From contig NC_135759.1 in NCBI RefSeq assembly GCF_052425735.1, positions 29,388,001 through 29,452,000 on the forward strand: 64,000 nucleotides of DNA, given 5' to 3'. Below, piece after piece: positions 24,236 to 37,108 of the stretch. This DNA comes from Oculina patagonica. Taxonomy: Eukaryota. Under the pieces are notes generated by a model. The model did not search any database and had not been told where the DNA came from. It worked only from the letters and a program-made list of their open reading frames with translations. The first letter of the stretch is position 1; each line of letters starts with the position of its first letter. The translations under genes were made by a program, and so were the position numbers.

Positions 24236-27200
24236 GGCATAGTATAAAACAAGGACTGGACTCTGGACTGGACTCTGGACTCTGGACTCTGGACTCAAAA
24301 AAACCTGGACTTGCAATGAAAAAAAAAAAAAAAAAAAAAAAAAGGAATTAAATTAAATTATCCACACGATGATTTATGTGAAATACAGACCTGTGTTAAG
24401 GCTGATAATATTAAAGGCTGATTTTTGTTCTATCAAAACTCTATTTCTTCTAGTCTCTCTCTTTCTGCAGCCGTTTATAGGGATGTCACACAACGCTCTG
24501 AACGCTTCCCAAGAGGGGGAGCGTTGTGTGACATCCCAAAAAATGCTGCAAAGGAGACTGCGTTTCTGTCGAAGTATTTATCGTTGCGCAGTGGTGGATG
24601 GTATGTTGTAACAGAAAGAATGAATTGCTATTGTGTCTTTTCTTTTCTCTTTTTGAAGTGCCTACTGCCTGTATCTCTTCAGATGCTGTGTAAAGTGGAG
24701 TCTGTTCTCGGCCCGATGGCTGTTACTACTCTCGTATGGGTGTCAATAACATATGTATAACTAATTATCAAAACGACAGGGCTCTGAAACGTTCAGAGAG
24801 AAATCACGAATCTGTTATCTTTAATCAGTTCGATATATAGGTACTAGGTGAACTGTCACGGTTGATAAATTAAACGGCTTCTAAGTAAACGCAAAATATA
24901 CAGACACTGAAGTTTACTTGTTAAAAAACAAGTTACTCGATGGAACGTAAAGATGTTCTAGCATTCTTTACATGGACATTTCCGTCAATTTTCGACTACT
25001 ATAAAAACCCAACAATAAGCTCGCTAGCACGAAAAATGCTTCAACGTAACTTGCACGTTATCTGACAGCCCATCGAGTTCTCTAGCTGCCTCGAATACCT
25101 CACTATCTGTTGGTTCACACGATCAACTGATTCTAGTCGTCTGTTTTCTGGTTGAAGTTAGTTATTGGAGGAATAGTTAAATTCAGTACAGCCTTGTTCA
25201 TGCCCGTCTGGACAGTGCCGTGTGAAGGACTTATTTCCACTTTCGCGGATGATGGCGTGTTTAGCGTGCCGGTTCTTGCCTGATTTCTATTCGGCGCTGT
25301 CGTGCTTTCTCCAGCTTGAGCGTTTGTAATATCATTCACGCGAGGTTTTCTCTATGGAAAATAGCATGAAATCGACGGGCAAAATTGGTTACCATGTGTG
25401 ACATACCCAAACCCGTAACCGTTTTCAGACCCGGCTTCTGAAAGTTGTACTCGGTTTGCGATCAAAGCATTCCAGCTAAATTGCATTTTATCGCCTTGAA
25501 AATCAAAGGAAACCATTTGCTTTGTAAACTGATAAAGTATCACACAATTTACCGCACATAAACGTTGTGGTTAACGAAAGTAAACGCTTACAAAAGAAAG
25601 TTTAAAATTCAACTCTAATTACAATTTTTGGTTATTTCTCTTTCTCTCTTATTCAATTGGAGTTTAAATGACAAATACACCCATACTGAACCAAAACGGC
25701 TTAAAAGCCATACCCTTTGAAGAGACGCATATCCAAAAGAGCTTATATAGGATAGGCCCTCCCCACCCCGGGCCTACTCTGCTTAAATGCAGCAACAAAA
25801 CGAGCTGGAATTACCCTGATTAGTTCACGCTTAATAAAGAAAAATAAGCAAAAACTTATAAGAACAGAATTGTTACTATCGATTTAAATCAAAGCTCCAA
25901 AACTCATCCCAAAGGGCCTTTGATTATTTTATCTGTCTATCAGGCGGCATGTGAGCCAATCGCTCACATTATCGATCGATCCAATTATCACTCATTACAT
26001 TCCTACTGCGCGGGGGTAAAATATAGGTAAAATAAATGTTGCAAGTTGCTAGAAACTGGTGCATGCAGCGTTGTTATGTTTCATAATTTTAGCGACATTT
26101 TGAGCTGACACTCGAGGGTTGCGTGCTGGTAAATATTGTAATCATAGGCGAGCTTATTGTTAGGTTTTTATAGCAATTAAAAATTGACGCAAATGTCGAT
26201 ACAATGTATGAGTTCACACTACACACTCTAAGCCTAAGTCAAGCCAAGTCATCCTAAGTCCGCTTAAGCATTCAGACATATATTTGAAGACAAATTCTTT
26301 TCGTGCAAAACTGTCATCATAAGCGATAAAAATTATCGCTAATGATGACATATCGTATCGTCTTAAATTTCGTGAGGTAGTCACGATCCATTTTAGCGAC
26401 GAAATTGAGATCAAAATGAGACCGAGAAGCCGTAAAATCGCTGTAATTGCGACTGTTGTCTGTTTAATTATTAAATTTACAACGTTGATCAGCCAAATAA
26501 CCTTTTTCAATACGAAATCTCATGTTCCTTCATGAAAGAATGATGGAAGATTTTCTCCAAGAGAGTGAAAGCTTGCTTTTTCTGACCGCCGTACTTTTGA
26601 GCGTTCGTCGGATAAGGTGGAAAGTCCGTAGCGTAATTTGCCTTCAAACTTTCCGTCCTCTCAGCGATGCATGTTCAGTGGTTCTTGTTCGTGGCAGAGA
26701 AGTAGCCGTGTCGTGATTTTTTTGGTTTTCGTGCCTAACGCGAGAATCTCTATCTGATAAAACTCCCCGCTTTTGAAATTTTTTTGCTATCAGGTTTCTT
26801 AAGTCAGCCTTTGTCATGTTTGAAACAGACTTAAGAACTGCTTAGATCGTTTGAGTTCGCCGACACTAAGACAGAAATTTAGCTTTTGTGACTTAGCGGT
26901 TCAGACCTTTCATTTTCACTAAGTTCACTAAGTCGACTTAAGAGATTGCTAAGTCGTTGCGTGACATCCCTAAAAACGGCTGCAGAAATAGAGACTTGCA
27001 GAAAATGGAGCCTTGATAGAAAGAAATAAGCCTTTGTCGAAAAATACAATAAGGCCGAGGTATATTTTTTTGACAGAATAAAAATACGCTCTGTATCAGA
27101 ACGCCCTGATTACACCACACCCCTAAAAAAAAATTAACTCTTTTCTAAACAGAGGACTCTCTTTGTCTAAACGGCATGCCAAACACCTCAAGCAAAGCAA

Positions 27201-27458
27201 CAGGCATTACTGTCTTTTAAAACTGGTCTGTATTTAACTTAATCCGTGGCTCTGTGGCTAATTTTTATCTTTATTCTTATTTTTTTTCGTTGTTTTTAAT
27301 TGTTTTGTAGTGGAGTCAATAGGTTTTTTTTGAGTCCAGATTTTTTGAGTCCAAGTTTTTTTGAGTCCAGAGTCCAGAGTCCAGAGTCCAGAGTCCAGAG
27401 TCCAGAGTCCAGAGTCCAGAGTCCAGTCCAGAGTCCAGTCCTTGTTTTATACTATGCC
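24236..27458. mobile_element. 3.2-kb non-autonomous Mutator/MULE-like element in the promoter of gene 2
   Basis: TIR GGCATAGTATAAAACAAGGACTGG plus (CTGGACT)n subterminal arrays; perfect 9-bp TSD TTAAATAAC at 24227-24235 and 27459-27467; empty site visible at ~41295. Confidence 0.9.
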
Positions 27459-27648
27459 TTAAATAACGTATATGACACGCTGTTTGTGACGGCGAAGAGG
27501 CAATTAATTGTTCAACACCTACGCACCCCATTGTTTCTAGACATATCTGGAGTAAACCGATCTCAGTTAACAGTCCTGAAAATACCGAGATGAAAAGGAC
27601 TGTCCCATTTGCGCAATTCAGTCTTGGAAAATCTTCGAAGGCATCACT

Positions 27649-30600
27649 ATGAAGAGCGTTTTGATAACTTTGTTGTTGGTCGTCGCTGTGCTGCTTGTTA
27701 CAGCTGAACCCAGAAGACGAGGCGGAAAAGGAAAACCCGGTGGACAGAGACCTGGAGGCCCGAGACCATGGCAAAAGAAGGGTAAGTTACAAAACCAGTT
27801 ATGTCTTCTTCTGTTATCAACTGCAAATCCAGTAGTTGATTTATTGTTTTACATTTGGTGTCCCCAATGATTTTGTTCTTTATGTTTAGAATGTCACAGA
27901 AACTGTTCAGACTGTCAAGAGGGGACTTGCCGGGCGTGTGATGACGATTTTGCGCTGAAAACGATAACCCTTCGTCGCTTTAATAAAACTACCTGTGTCC
28001 CTTGTCGGCGACTTAAGATGAAGAACCCTGCTCTTTTTCTTGAACAGTGTGTGACTGGTAAGTAATTTCACTTGAAATTCTGATGATGTTGGTACAAATG
28101 CTTCGAGTCCCGTATACAGTCAACGGGCTAAAAAGCCAGAAGGGAGAATTTCATGCGCGGATCGTGCACCACGGACACTTGATTTTCATTTATTCACGCA
28201 ACACGCGCGCGGTACACGTTTCGAACTTTTCACTTATTGAGCCCAGTTTTATATATTTGGTCGTCTTTAGAGACGAAAAGGCTACACCCTCATCGAAGCA
28301 ATAATTTTTTTCTCCATTTCAGCAACGCATTAGGTGTCTACGTCAGAGCGTCCCTTTAATTAGTCAATGAGGGGATATTATCCTTGGCTACCTACGTACT
28401 GTCCGCTTTATAGAGGGTGTCCATATATAAGTTTGACCATTAGACAAAAAGCTTTGCATGAAATTTTGAATTATAGTTTATAATTTATTTGATAATTATG
28501 CTGATCTTTTCACTTGAAAGAAATTACCTATTTTTTATTAAACTTTCCAATTACGATACACTTATTACAATGTAAAGGGGGCCAACTGTGATCAATTAAG
28601 ACTGTAATTAAGGTTTTACTGTTCTTATATTTAGAACGTCTATCGCATGTACGTATTGCATTGTTTTAGATTGTTTTTACTAAACTCGTAGAAAGGTATT
28701 ACACTTTCAGATACTATTAGACTAATTCCATGGTTTCCTATTGTTTTGTTTTGTCTATTACGCACTAACTGCTAGATATTGTACTATAAGTAAATGAAAT
28801 CACTCTAAGTGTACTTAGCTTTTCGGGCAATACCATCTGTAAATGGGAATGCTAATAAAATTGTTGTTGTTGTTTTTGTAGTAGTTGATCACCTTTCCTC
28901 CTAACAGCGGCTTAGAACTATGAGGTAACAATTAATCAGGCAGCAAATTAGACAATTTGTTCTTGATATCAAAGATACCAGGGTACCACTTAGCTCGTGG
29001 CAGGTCCTTAGTACAATAATACAATGCAAACAATGCTTTTGTGTTGTAATGCATTTACATGTACATCTAACTGAAGAAATGTTGACTTGTAAAAAGCATA
29101 AACCATGAACGGTAAGACTGGATGAGTAATATTCCATTTTCCCTTTCTTAATAATCACAATGTTTTCTTCTTTTGGAGTGTAAAAGCGAGATTTAAGCAA
29201 CCTGTCATATCATAATACTTATTTTGTCAGACAGGGAATGATTTTTCAGATTTCCCAGCAAACATTTAGGTCGCATCTTTCATGGTTTATGCTTTTCACG
29301 GGTCAACGTTTATTCAATAACATATATTTATAGTTTTATAAACGTAAAACAAGGAGACAAAATACCATAGCTACAAAGTAGTTTATAAAATATAAAAGGT
29401 TAAAAGATAAAAACGATGCAAAGATGTAAAAGACATATCATAATCACATTTGAGAGTTAGCCAAACAAATGGGGTTAAATCGGCAGTGACAAACTCAACG
29501 GCCTTATGCGCCTACTGGCGCGACGAGTATTGATGATGATGACAAACTCAACGAAAAAACGTTGTCTAATGTGCTTCGACTTGTGTTGCATGTTTCAGTG
29601 CCTACACCCGCACCTGTCTGTCCTAAGAACTGCTCCAGCTGTCAAGATGGAACCTGCCTTACCTGTGACAGTGGATTTGCGTTAGTCTCTCGGCGTAAAA
29701 ATAAAACAATTTGTATTCCCTGTGACTTGGGAAGAAATGGCAAAAAAGGCGACAGATCACAGTGTGGCGCAGGTAATTGTTCTTGTTGCTTTGTCTTGAG
29801 TTGCGACTTAAGTAGTGAAAAATTAAATTAACGTTCCATTTGTTGGTTAGCCTGCTTAGCAGGAGCCTGTCATGGTAGTTTGCCAACGTGTTTTTTTTTT
29901 TTTGCGCCTTTCGTGTTTTCCGAACGCGCGCTCAAAAACTCCACAGGCGCCTGCTTCGCAGGCTGTTCGTTGGTTTGCCGGACTTAACCTGGATGGCCTT
30001 TTCGGACACTGTTAGCTGTGAAAAAATGTTGAAACTAAGAGATTTATGTCACGGAATTTCGCAGATTTTTGGTCTAAACTGTTCCAACATTAGAACATTT
30101 CAAGAAAGATATAACCTTAATTTGGGGATAGAAAGCCTCCGCTATAAATATCGGGTTTTTTTTTCAGCTTTAAATATCGGAAACAACTAAAAAACTTAAT
30201 CCTCGTTTTTTCAAAGTAGCAAACCCTTTCCTTCCTAGCCATCTGCAGCCAAAGACGCTTGTTAACAGTTGCAGTGCTCTAACATAGCAATTGTCAATAA
30301 AAAATGGACCATTATTTTAGGTTTCCTACGACATAAATACAAACTCAGTTGGTTGTTGCTGTTATGACAAAAGCCCCTTTAGATTCCCTAGCTTTTTATT
30401 TCCTCGCCACATGTACCCACTAAAACAACTGCTGCAATCATGTGTAATGAATTTTAAAATTTGCTTTTAATATTGTCTTTCAGAGTCTTGTGGAAAAGGC
30501 TGTCTTAACTGTACAGAGAGCATCTGCAGTGAATGCAAAGATGGATTCGAAATGATTGAAGACAAGAATAAGTGTAAAAAGAAGAAAGGCAAGTTCTAAG

Positions 30601-31640
30601 TCACGAGATGCTAGATGCAAGAGCTCCCGTATGTAAACCGCCTTCCATTTAGAACTCTAGACTCCTTTAATATGTCGCCGTTTTTCCGAAAGGCATTTTA
30701 TTTATTACTCAGTATACCAGTTTTTCTAGACAAAATATCTTTATCTTACTCGCTCTAGATATATATTTTAAAAGCCAAGGAATTTTATAAACAAGTGAGT
30801 TCATTAGCTGAAAGTTCCTTGTACGCTTTTGTTATCTGCTAACTACTTTACTACATCGTTCACAGATTGTGGAAAAGGTTGTCTTAATTGCACATCAGGT
30901 ATTTGCTCCCAGTGCAAAGATGGCTTTACTCTCAACCGGAGGTCAAGAAGATGCGTTAAGTCATGTACACCTGCAGATCCTGATTTTAAAACTCCAGCCT
31001 GTGAAGGTAAAGGCAAAGGAAAGGAAGGGAAAAATAAACGAAAAGGCAAGTTCACTGATTCTTAGATTTTTGCATACTTTCAAGGATTCAGTAAGCTTCA
31101 CATTTAAGTGACAGTGTCACGAGAAATCTTCTAAGTCTTATTGTAAAATATTCTAGAACTACGAGGATACAATCACTGTTAAGCATTAATCATTTTCCAA
31201 GATGTAAAGAGACCCTGTTAGAGAATCCAATTACAAGTATCCGGCCAAAAATGTTTAGTAAATAACCCACAATCAATGGTTTTCGAGAAACTTCTTCCAA
31301 CTTGAAAACATTTCATTTTGAAATTCTCATTAAATTTGAAAACGACGGGCCGACGATTATGTCCAATTCTTTCCTACCAATTTGTACCCAAACCACGTTT
31401 TAACAATATTAAGGACTTGTAAAGTACGTTTTAGTAAGGCTAGGCCCCTATGAGTGGATTTACAATTCATACCAACACCTTCATGGATTTTCAAATTGCA
31501 CTATAAAATCTAAGCGATACTGCCCCTTTTTGGTTTAAACTAAGCAGTGTACTGATACGTTTCTTTCTGTTTGATTAACAGGAGGCAAAGGAAAACCAAA
31601 GCGCAAGCCGACACCTAACCCTGCAACAAAACCACAGTAG
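27649..31640 (+). CDS. Secreted cationic furin-like-repeat protein, chimeric B/A (gene 2, 272 aa)
   Basis: Exons 27649-27781, 27890-28057, 29599-29772, 30484-30588, 30866-31045, 31582-31640 total 819 nt in frame. Exons 1-2 match genes 3/4; exons 3-6 match gene 1, including both GC donors. Confidence 0.9.
29501..29539 (+). mobile_element. Severely 5'-truncated RTE LINE tail
   Basis: GCCTTATGCGCC...GAGTATTGATGATGA resembles the RTE 3' end at 61712-61765; flanked by a TGACAAACTCAACG direct repeat; absent from gene 1 (~18210). Confidence 0.75.
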
Positions 31641-31809
31641 CTGATTCAAAAGACAACCGCTGGAATTAAATTGAAACTACCGGAGCCGAATGAAGCCACA
31701 GTAACCTAACACTTCTAAACTAACCCACCACAACCACACTAACGCAAGACAGCACAGCCAATCACTTAACATAACCAAGTAACTGATTAGTAACAAACAT
31801 TTAACTATA

Positions 31810-31930
31810 CAGTTGAATCCCGATAACTCGAACCTTCAAGGGAAATATATCGAAAAAGGTTCGAATCAAAAAAGGTTCGAGTTAGCGGGAGTTCCGGAGT
31901 TACTGAGGGTTCGAGTTATCGGGATTCACT
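31810..31930. mobile_element. Tc1/mariner (pogo-like) MITE in the 3' UTR of gene 2
   Basis: TA|CAGTTGAATCCCGATAACTCGAACC...GGTTCGAGTTATCGGGATTCACT; absent downstream of gene 1. Confidence 0.75.
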
Positions 31931-34342
31931 AACTCTTTTAGCTTTGTAATTATTTCAGTAACAGAATCAACAAAAACGCGCGGTGTGATTGATAAGGGTT
32001 TTGATAGTTTAGAGAAACCTGTTTGTATTTAGTTCGAGGTAATGAGAATCCGATTTACTAGACGGAATGTCATGGCTACGAAGAGAACGTTTATCGCTGT
32101 TATCGAAGTATAATATATGTAGAATAGAAGGCTTCATATTTTGAATAATAAAGCTGCACAGTTAAACCAAGTCTGAATGTTATGAGCGTGCGAGGAAAAC
32201 TCGCATTATGTCAGGGCACTAGCTGACCATATCCAAAAGTTAAGATAGTTATCAGCTTCTTCTTACAGGATGTACACCAATACAATACCTTCCCCTAGCT
32301 TGTACGTTATCTTCCCAACCCTTGTATGGCAATAATTAAAGAGAAATTGCCAACTCTCATATCGATATCTTAGCAACGAAATTCTACAACCCGCGCGCAG
32401 AGTGGAAAGTCAGGGGGTGCACCTCTTAATATCAGGCATCAGGGGGGTGGGGGTAGAGGTAAGGGTGTGCCTGCTCTATTTACTCTGTCTATCCTATTCA
32501 AAAACGGAATATTCAAGTATTATATGATTTTCAAGACCCTGTACCCTTTTGCATTTAGCGGTCTTTGATTACTATACTACTTAGTCTAACTGTCACTTCG
32601 TCTCATTCGCCCTTCTGTCAATTTGAAGTCTTTTATAAAGGCCAAGGTTTTCTTTTCCGTGCCAGCGCCCACAATTTAAAAATATCTTGACAAACTCAAA
32701 TCATGTGACATGACGACAAACTAATTATTCAACAATAACTCACCCAGGGCGCATACCTCGGACTTCGAAGCGTGCTTTCCGGTCCCAGACTGTAACTATT
32801 TTTGAAATCCCTTACCAGTGCCCTATTTGAAAACGACACAAAATTCTTTACTTCCCAAAATTCGACTTTTATGCCTCATTTAAAACAGATTCACAAAAAT
32901 CTGGTCTTTGGATGTCATAAACAATCCGACCTCATAACATAACTACTATAAATGAATTTTGACTAGGGAATCATAAAGTATTGATCCTGCTGTGCGTCGA
33001 CCAACTTTGTTTCCAAAATGAGACCATTATCTATTTATTTCTGATTTTATTATGTTTTGTTCAGTTTAAACGGGTAATGCCGTGTACTGTTATGCTTAAT
33101 AAATTTGTTGTCGTCGTCGTTATTAATATTTTTTTATGCCTCTCAAAAAAACAACAATAAAAGCAGCACTAGCCGTATTTTTGATGCCAATAACATCATC
33201 TCAAAGAAGTTATCCACCAAACACTTGATTGATACCCCAATACATTAATTCTAAAATGGAAATGTCGTATTTACCAAAATGGTGCAATTTTATTAATCAA
33301 AAGATAAAATTACTTATTCGTAGGTCCGCTACGTGTTTTACTGGTCAGTACTGTACTTAGGAACTGGAACGTGCAAAAAGCAAAACTCTACGCCGTGTTG
33401 CGCGTGTTTTCTGGAGACTGCTAGCCTGTATTGTAGTATACGTAATGCTGACACTGAACTGGCTGCTAGCCAATGCATCGTCCGGAAGTTCTCTCTCTTT
33501 TTTTTAAACGTTTTTTAACATTTTTCCGGTAATGGAACTAATATGTTTAATATCCTTCTGCAGGTCAAAGAGTGACACGGCAGGAGTCACGTTCAAAAGA
33601 ACATCAAATAACTTTTAACGCCCTATAATGTACGCTAATGTATAATTTTAGATAGTTTTATGATCAAAGCCCGTAGAAAGCATTCGCTCACTGTAGCTGA
33701 GAGGTGCACTGAATCAGAATGTGCCCACAGCAAAATAGCCCATGATTTCTGCACTCCTACTGGCCCAATGATATGGCGCGTGCAGCAAAAGTGTGTATGA
33801 CGACTGCTGACTCATCATTTGGCGCGCCTGCACATGGTCAACGTATGCATGTGTGATATGACGACAAGTGAAACGAAGTACGTTTCGGGTTTTTTGAGAT
33901 TGTCTTCTATCTGAATGAATCATTCCTGGGAAGTATAATCCAAAAGGGACATACGTACTGAGACAAATAAGGTCATCTTTTGAAGACTTCACGGCTGTAC
34001 TGTAGTGCCAAAAATAATTTTCTTCCTGTGGTAACAATTACATCGGGAATGTAACAAAGAAACGTGCCAACACTTACGAGGGCGTATTATCTCGCATGGC
34101 ATCAGCCAAGGCTATCTTTCAACTGGAACTGCAAATGCCCACGTTACGAGGCTTAAATTACGGATGTGACACGCTGTTTTTGACGGTAAAGAGGCAATTA
34201 ATTGTTTAACACCTACGTACCCCATTGTTTCTAGACAAATCTGGAGTAAACCGATCTTGGGTAACAGTCATGAAAATACCGAGATAAAAAGGACTGTCCC
34301 ATTTGCGCAATTCAGTCTTGGAAAATCTTCGAAGGCATCACT

Positions 34343-37108
34343 ATGAAGAGCGTTTTGATAGCTTTGTTGTTGGTCGTCGCTGTGCTGCTTGTTACAGCTG
34401 AACCCAGAAGACGAGGCGGAAAAGGAAGACCTGGAGGACTGAGACCCGGAGGACCGAGACCAGGAGGACGAAGACCGGGAGGACCGAGACCATGGCAAAA
34501 GAAGTTTCGGGGTAAGTTACAAAAGCAATAATGTCTCCATCTGTTATCAACTGTATATCCAGTAGTTCTGATTTATTGCTTTACATTTGGAGTCCCCAAT
34601 GTTGTCGAAGCTGATTTTGTTCTCTATGTTTAGAATGTCACAGAAATTGTTCAGACTGTCAAGAGGGGGCTTGCCGGGCGTGTGATGACGATTTTGCACT
34701 GAAAACGATAACCCTTCGTCGCTTTAATAAAACTGTCAGTGTCTGTGTCCCTTGTGGTCGGCGACTTAAGATGAAGAATCCTGCTCTTTTTCTTGAACAG
34801 TGTGTCACTGGTAAGTTAATATCCTTTGAATTTTTTTATGATGTTGGTTCAAATACTTCGAGTCCCGTTGACAGTCAAGGGGCTGTAAAGCCAGAAGGGA
34901 GAACTTCATGCGCGGATCGTGCACCACGGGCACTTGATTTTCATTTATTCGCGCAGCACGCGCGCGGTACACGTTTCGAACTTTTCCCTTTCGTCTTTAG
35001 AGACGAAAGGGCTACACCCTCTCCGAAGCAATATTAGACTGCAAAACAGTCGTTTTTTTCTCCAAAGTCGTTGGAAAAGCGCTTATCGCTCTCGTTCGAA
35101 AGCCGAGCGCGTTCGCAAAAGAAACGACTATTTTGCAGTCTAAAGCATTATGTAAAACTTTTACAAATAACAAAATCCTCCTGAAATTGCCCAAAATACA
35201 CTGTTATTAAAACCCCTTCTGCTTGTACTCCTTTTTAAAAACGGTTCTCTTATATAACGTTTCCCTTAGAGTGTCCCAGAAACTGTACGACTTGTGAGGA
35301 CGGCTCCTGTAAAATATGTGATGATGGATTCTTCAACGTTGAGACACGACTTCTGCAAAGGAAGATATGCGTTTCTTGCGGTCCGAGAATGAAGAAAAAT
35401 TGGCCGGACGTTTATGTGAAAGAATGCTCACAAAATGGTAACAGTCTCTTTATGTACTGGCTCGCTTGAGAAGGACCACATTGAACGAGTTTCTTTGTAT
35501 TCATAATAAATACGTTGTGGCTGCCATCTTTCAGTGGAAATTCTGTAAAATGTTTTGACTACCGGGCATTTAGTCTATTTAAGACCGTGCCCGGCTGCCG
35601 GGCATATAGCCACAGCCATATAAATAAACAGAGAAGATAATCTTTTTTTGAGAACGGAGGGAGAAGTGGCCCAGTCTTATCTGGAAACGCTCACATAATA
35701 ATCATTGTCATCAACAACAACTTTCTTACTTTGTCAAATGGCTTCTAGCTGACCAGAGGTATCCTACTATTGAATCGAGGGCACTTTTAAAATAGAAATA
35801 ACAATAATTAATAATCAACTTCCAACTCGTTTAATTAATATATATCTGATCGGAACTTACAATAATTTCTCGGCGTTGGCCGAACACGGTATAACTTGGT
35901 ATTAAAAGATTGTTTATGTTCTCAATACAGGCTGTGGACGTGGCTGTGCCAACTGTCCTGAGCCTGGTGTATGCACCGAGTGCGAAGAAGACCTAAAGCT
36001 TTTCACTCCACCCGGCAGTAACATCACCAGGTGTATTAAAAATTGCCCCCCATTTTACACACTCGAGAAGGGTTCGTCTCCTCCAAGATGCGAAGTTAAG
36101 CAAATCACAAAACCAAACAACAGTAAGTTTTTCCTTCAAATTGTTGTATAAGCGGAAGTAATAAACTTGGATATATTGTCTAGGTGTGCTATCAAACTCA
36201 AACTCGTATTGCTCTTAATCCTCTGGGCCAGTGCGTTGCGATCATACTGAGGGAGTTTCCTGATAAAAGGGATACAACGGACGGAGGAGACTCGTGATAA
36301 AAAGCCCTAAGGATCAATTGATGCGTCAAGGGAAAGAGTTTTAAATGGGACCGTAAGTGTCCCATTCCAAATATCCATGGAAGTGGGTAATGTCTTAATT
36401 GCAACCTTCTTTTCTATTTTATCTTGCAGAATGTGGAAAAACCTGCGCTGCATGCACAGAACAAGGAATTTGTACGGAATGCTTAAAGCCATCGGTACTC
36501 ATAAAATTTGGTGACCGCTCAATGTGCAGACAGCGATGCCCATTCCATTTCAGAAAGTTTGTCGATCCAAAAACGAGGGCTACAATCTGCGAGAAACTTA
36601 ACAAGCAACAGCGTAAAGGTTAGTTCTCTAAAAATAAACATGGAGGGTTGGGCAAGGGGGATTAGTACATACAGAATTCCTTAGCTCTTACAAAATGACA
36701 CGAATTTTCATAGTCTTTTTGCACTGAGTTGAACGAAAAAAAGGAAAAGATGCGGGTGCAAAAAATAAAGGAAAGGGAAAAATATTATTCCGTCCTTTCC
36801 TTTATTTCATCACAACCTCCTGACATTATGCCACTTACTTCAATTTGGGAGAAATTGATAAGCCATCCTAGCTGCTTTTTGCAGTACTCATGCACTAGGT
36901 AAAGGCCGTTGCCATGTTCAAACTAATACATCAACCTAATAAGCTATCTCTATCGCATCGCATTGTTGTGCGATTCAATAATGAAATAACGTTATCACTG
37001 GGCTCTTTATGAAAATGCTGATTTCTTAATTGGTTAATTGGTAATTAACGTTGTTTTTCTCTTCTTTAATTTACAGGCGGAAGAAAGAATCTGTCTGACC
37101 CATTCTAA
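34343..37108 (+). CDS. Secreted cationic furin-like-repeat protein, type B (gene 3, 308 aa)
   Basis: Exons 34343-34511, 34634-34810, 35270-35437, 35931-36122, 36430-36618, 37077-37108 total 927 nt; all phase-1 GT-AG introns. Signal peptide and (RPGGx)4 arm. Exons 4 and 5 are canonical furin-like repeats (CGRGCANCPEPGVCTEC...CIKNCPPFY...C). Ends GGRKNLSDPF*. Confidence 0.9.

Noticed and set aside
24250-24310. Short regular repeats (also 3910-4165, 4950-5430, 62610-62960) as a CRISPR-like array
   Set aside because: No unique spacers of constant length and no cas genes; these are TE-internal repeats or minisatellites in eukaryotic DNA.
26410-26716. Possible Harbinger transposase N-terminus (MRPRSRKIAVIATVVCLII...RRIRWKVR)
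   Set aside because: Frameshifted, with no DDE motifs visible; the resemblance is only compositional.
27300-27593. ORF with ESRVQSP repeats
   Set aside because: Translation of the 7-bp subterminal repeat array of the MULE-like element.
16235-37108. Naming the cluster genes RSPO or PCSK5
   Set aside because: No TSP1 domain, no subtilase or P domain, and four modules instead of two; orthology cannot be shown from sequence alone.
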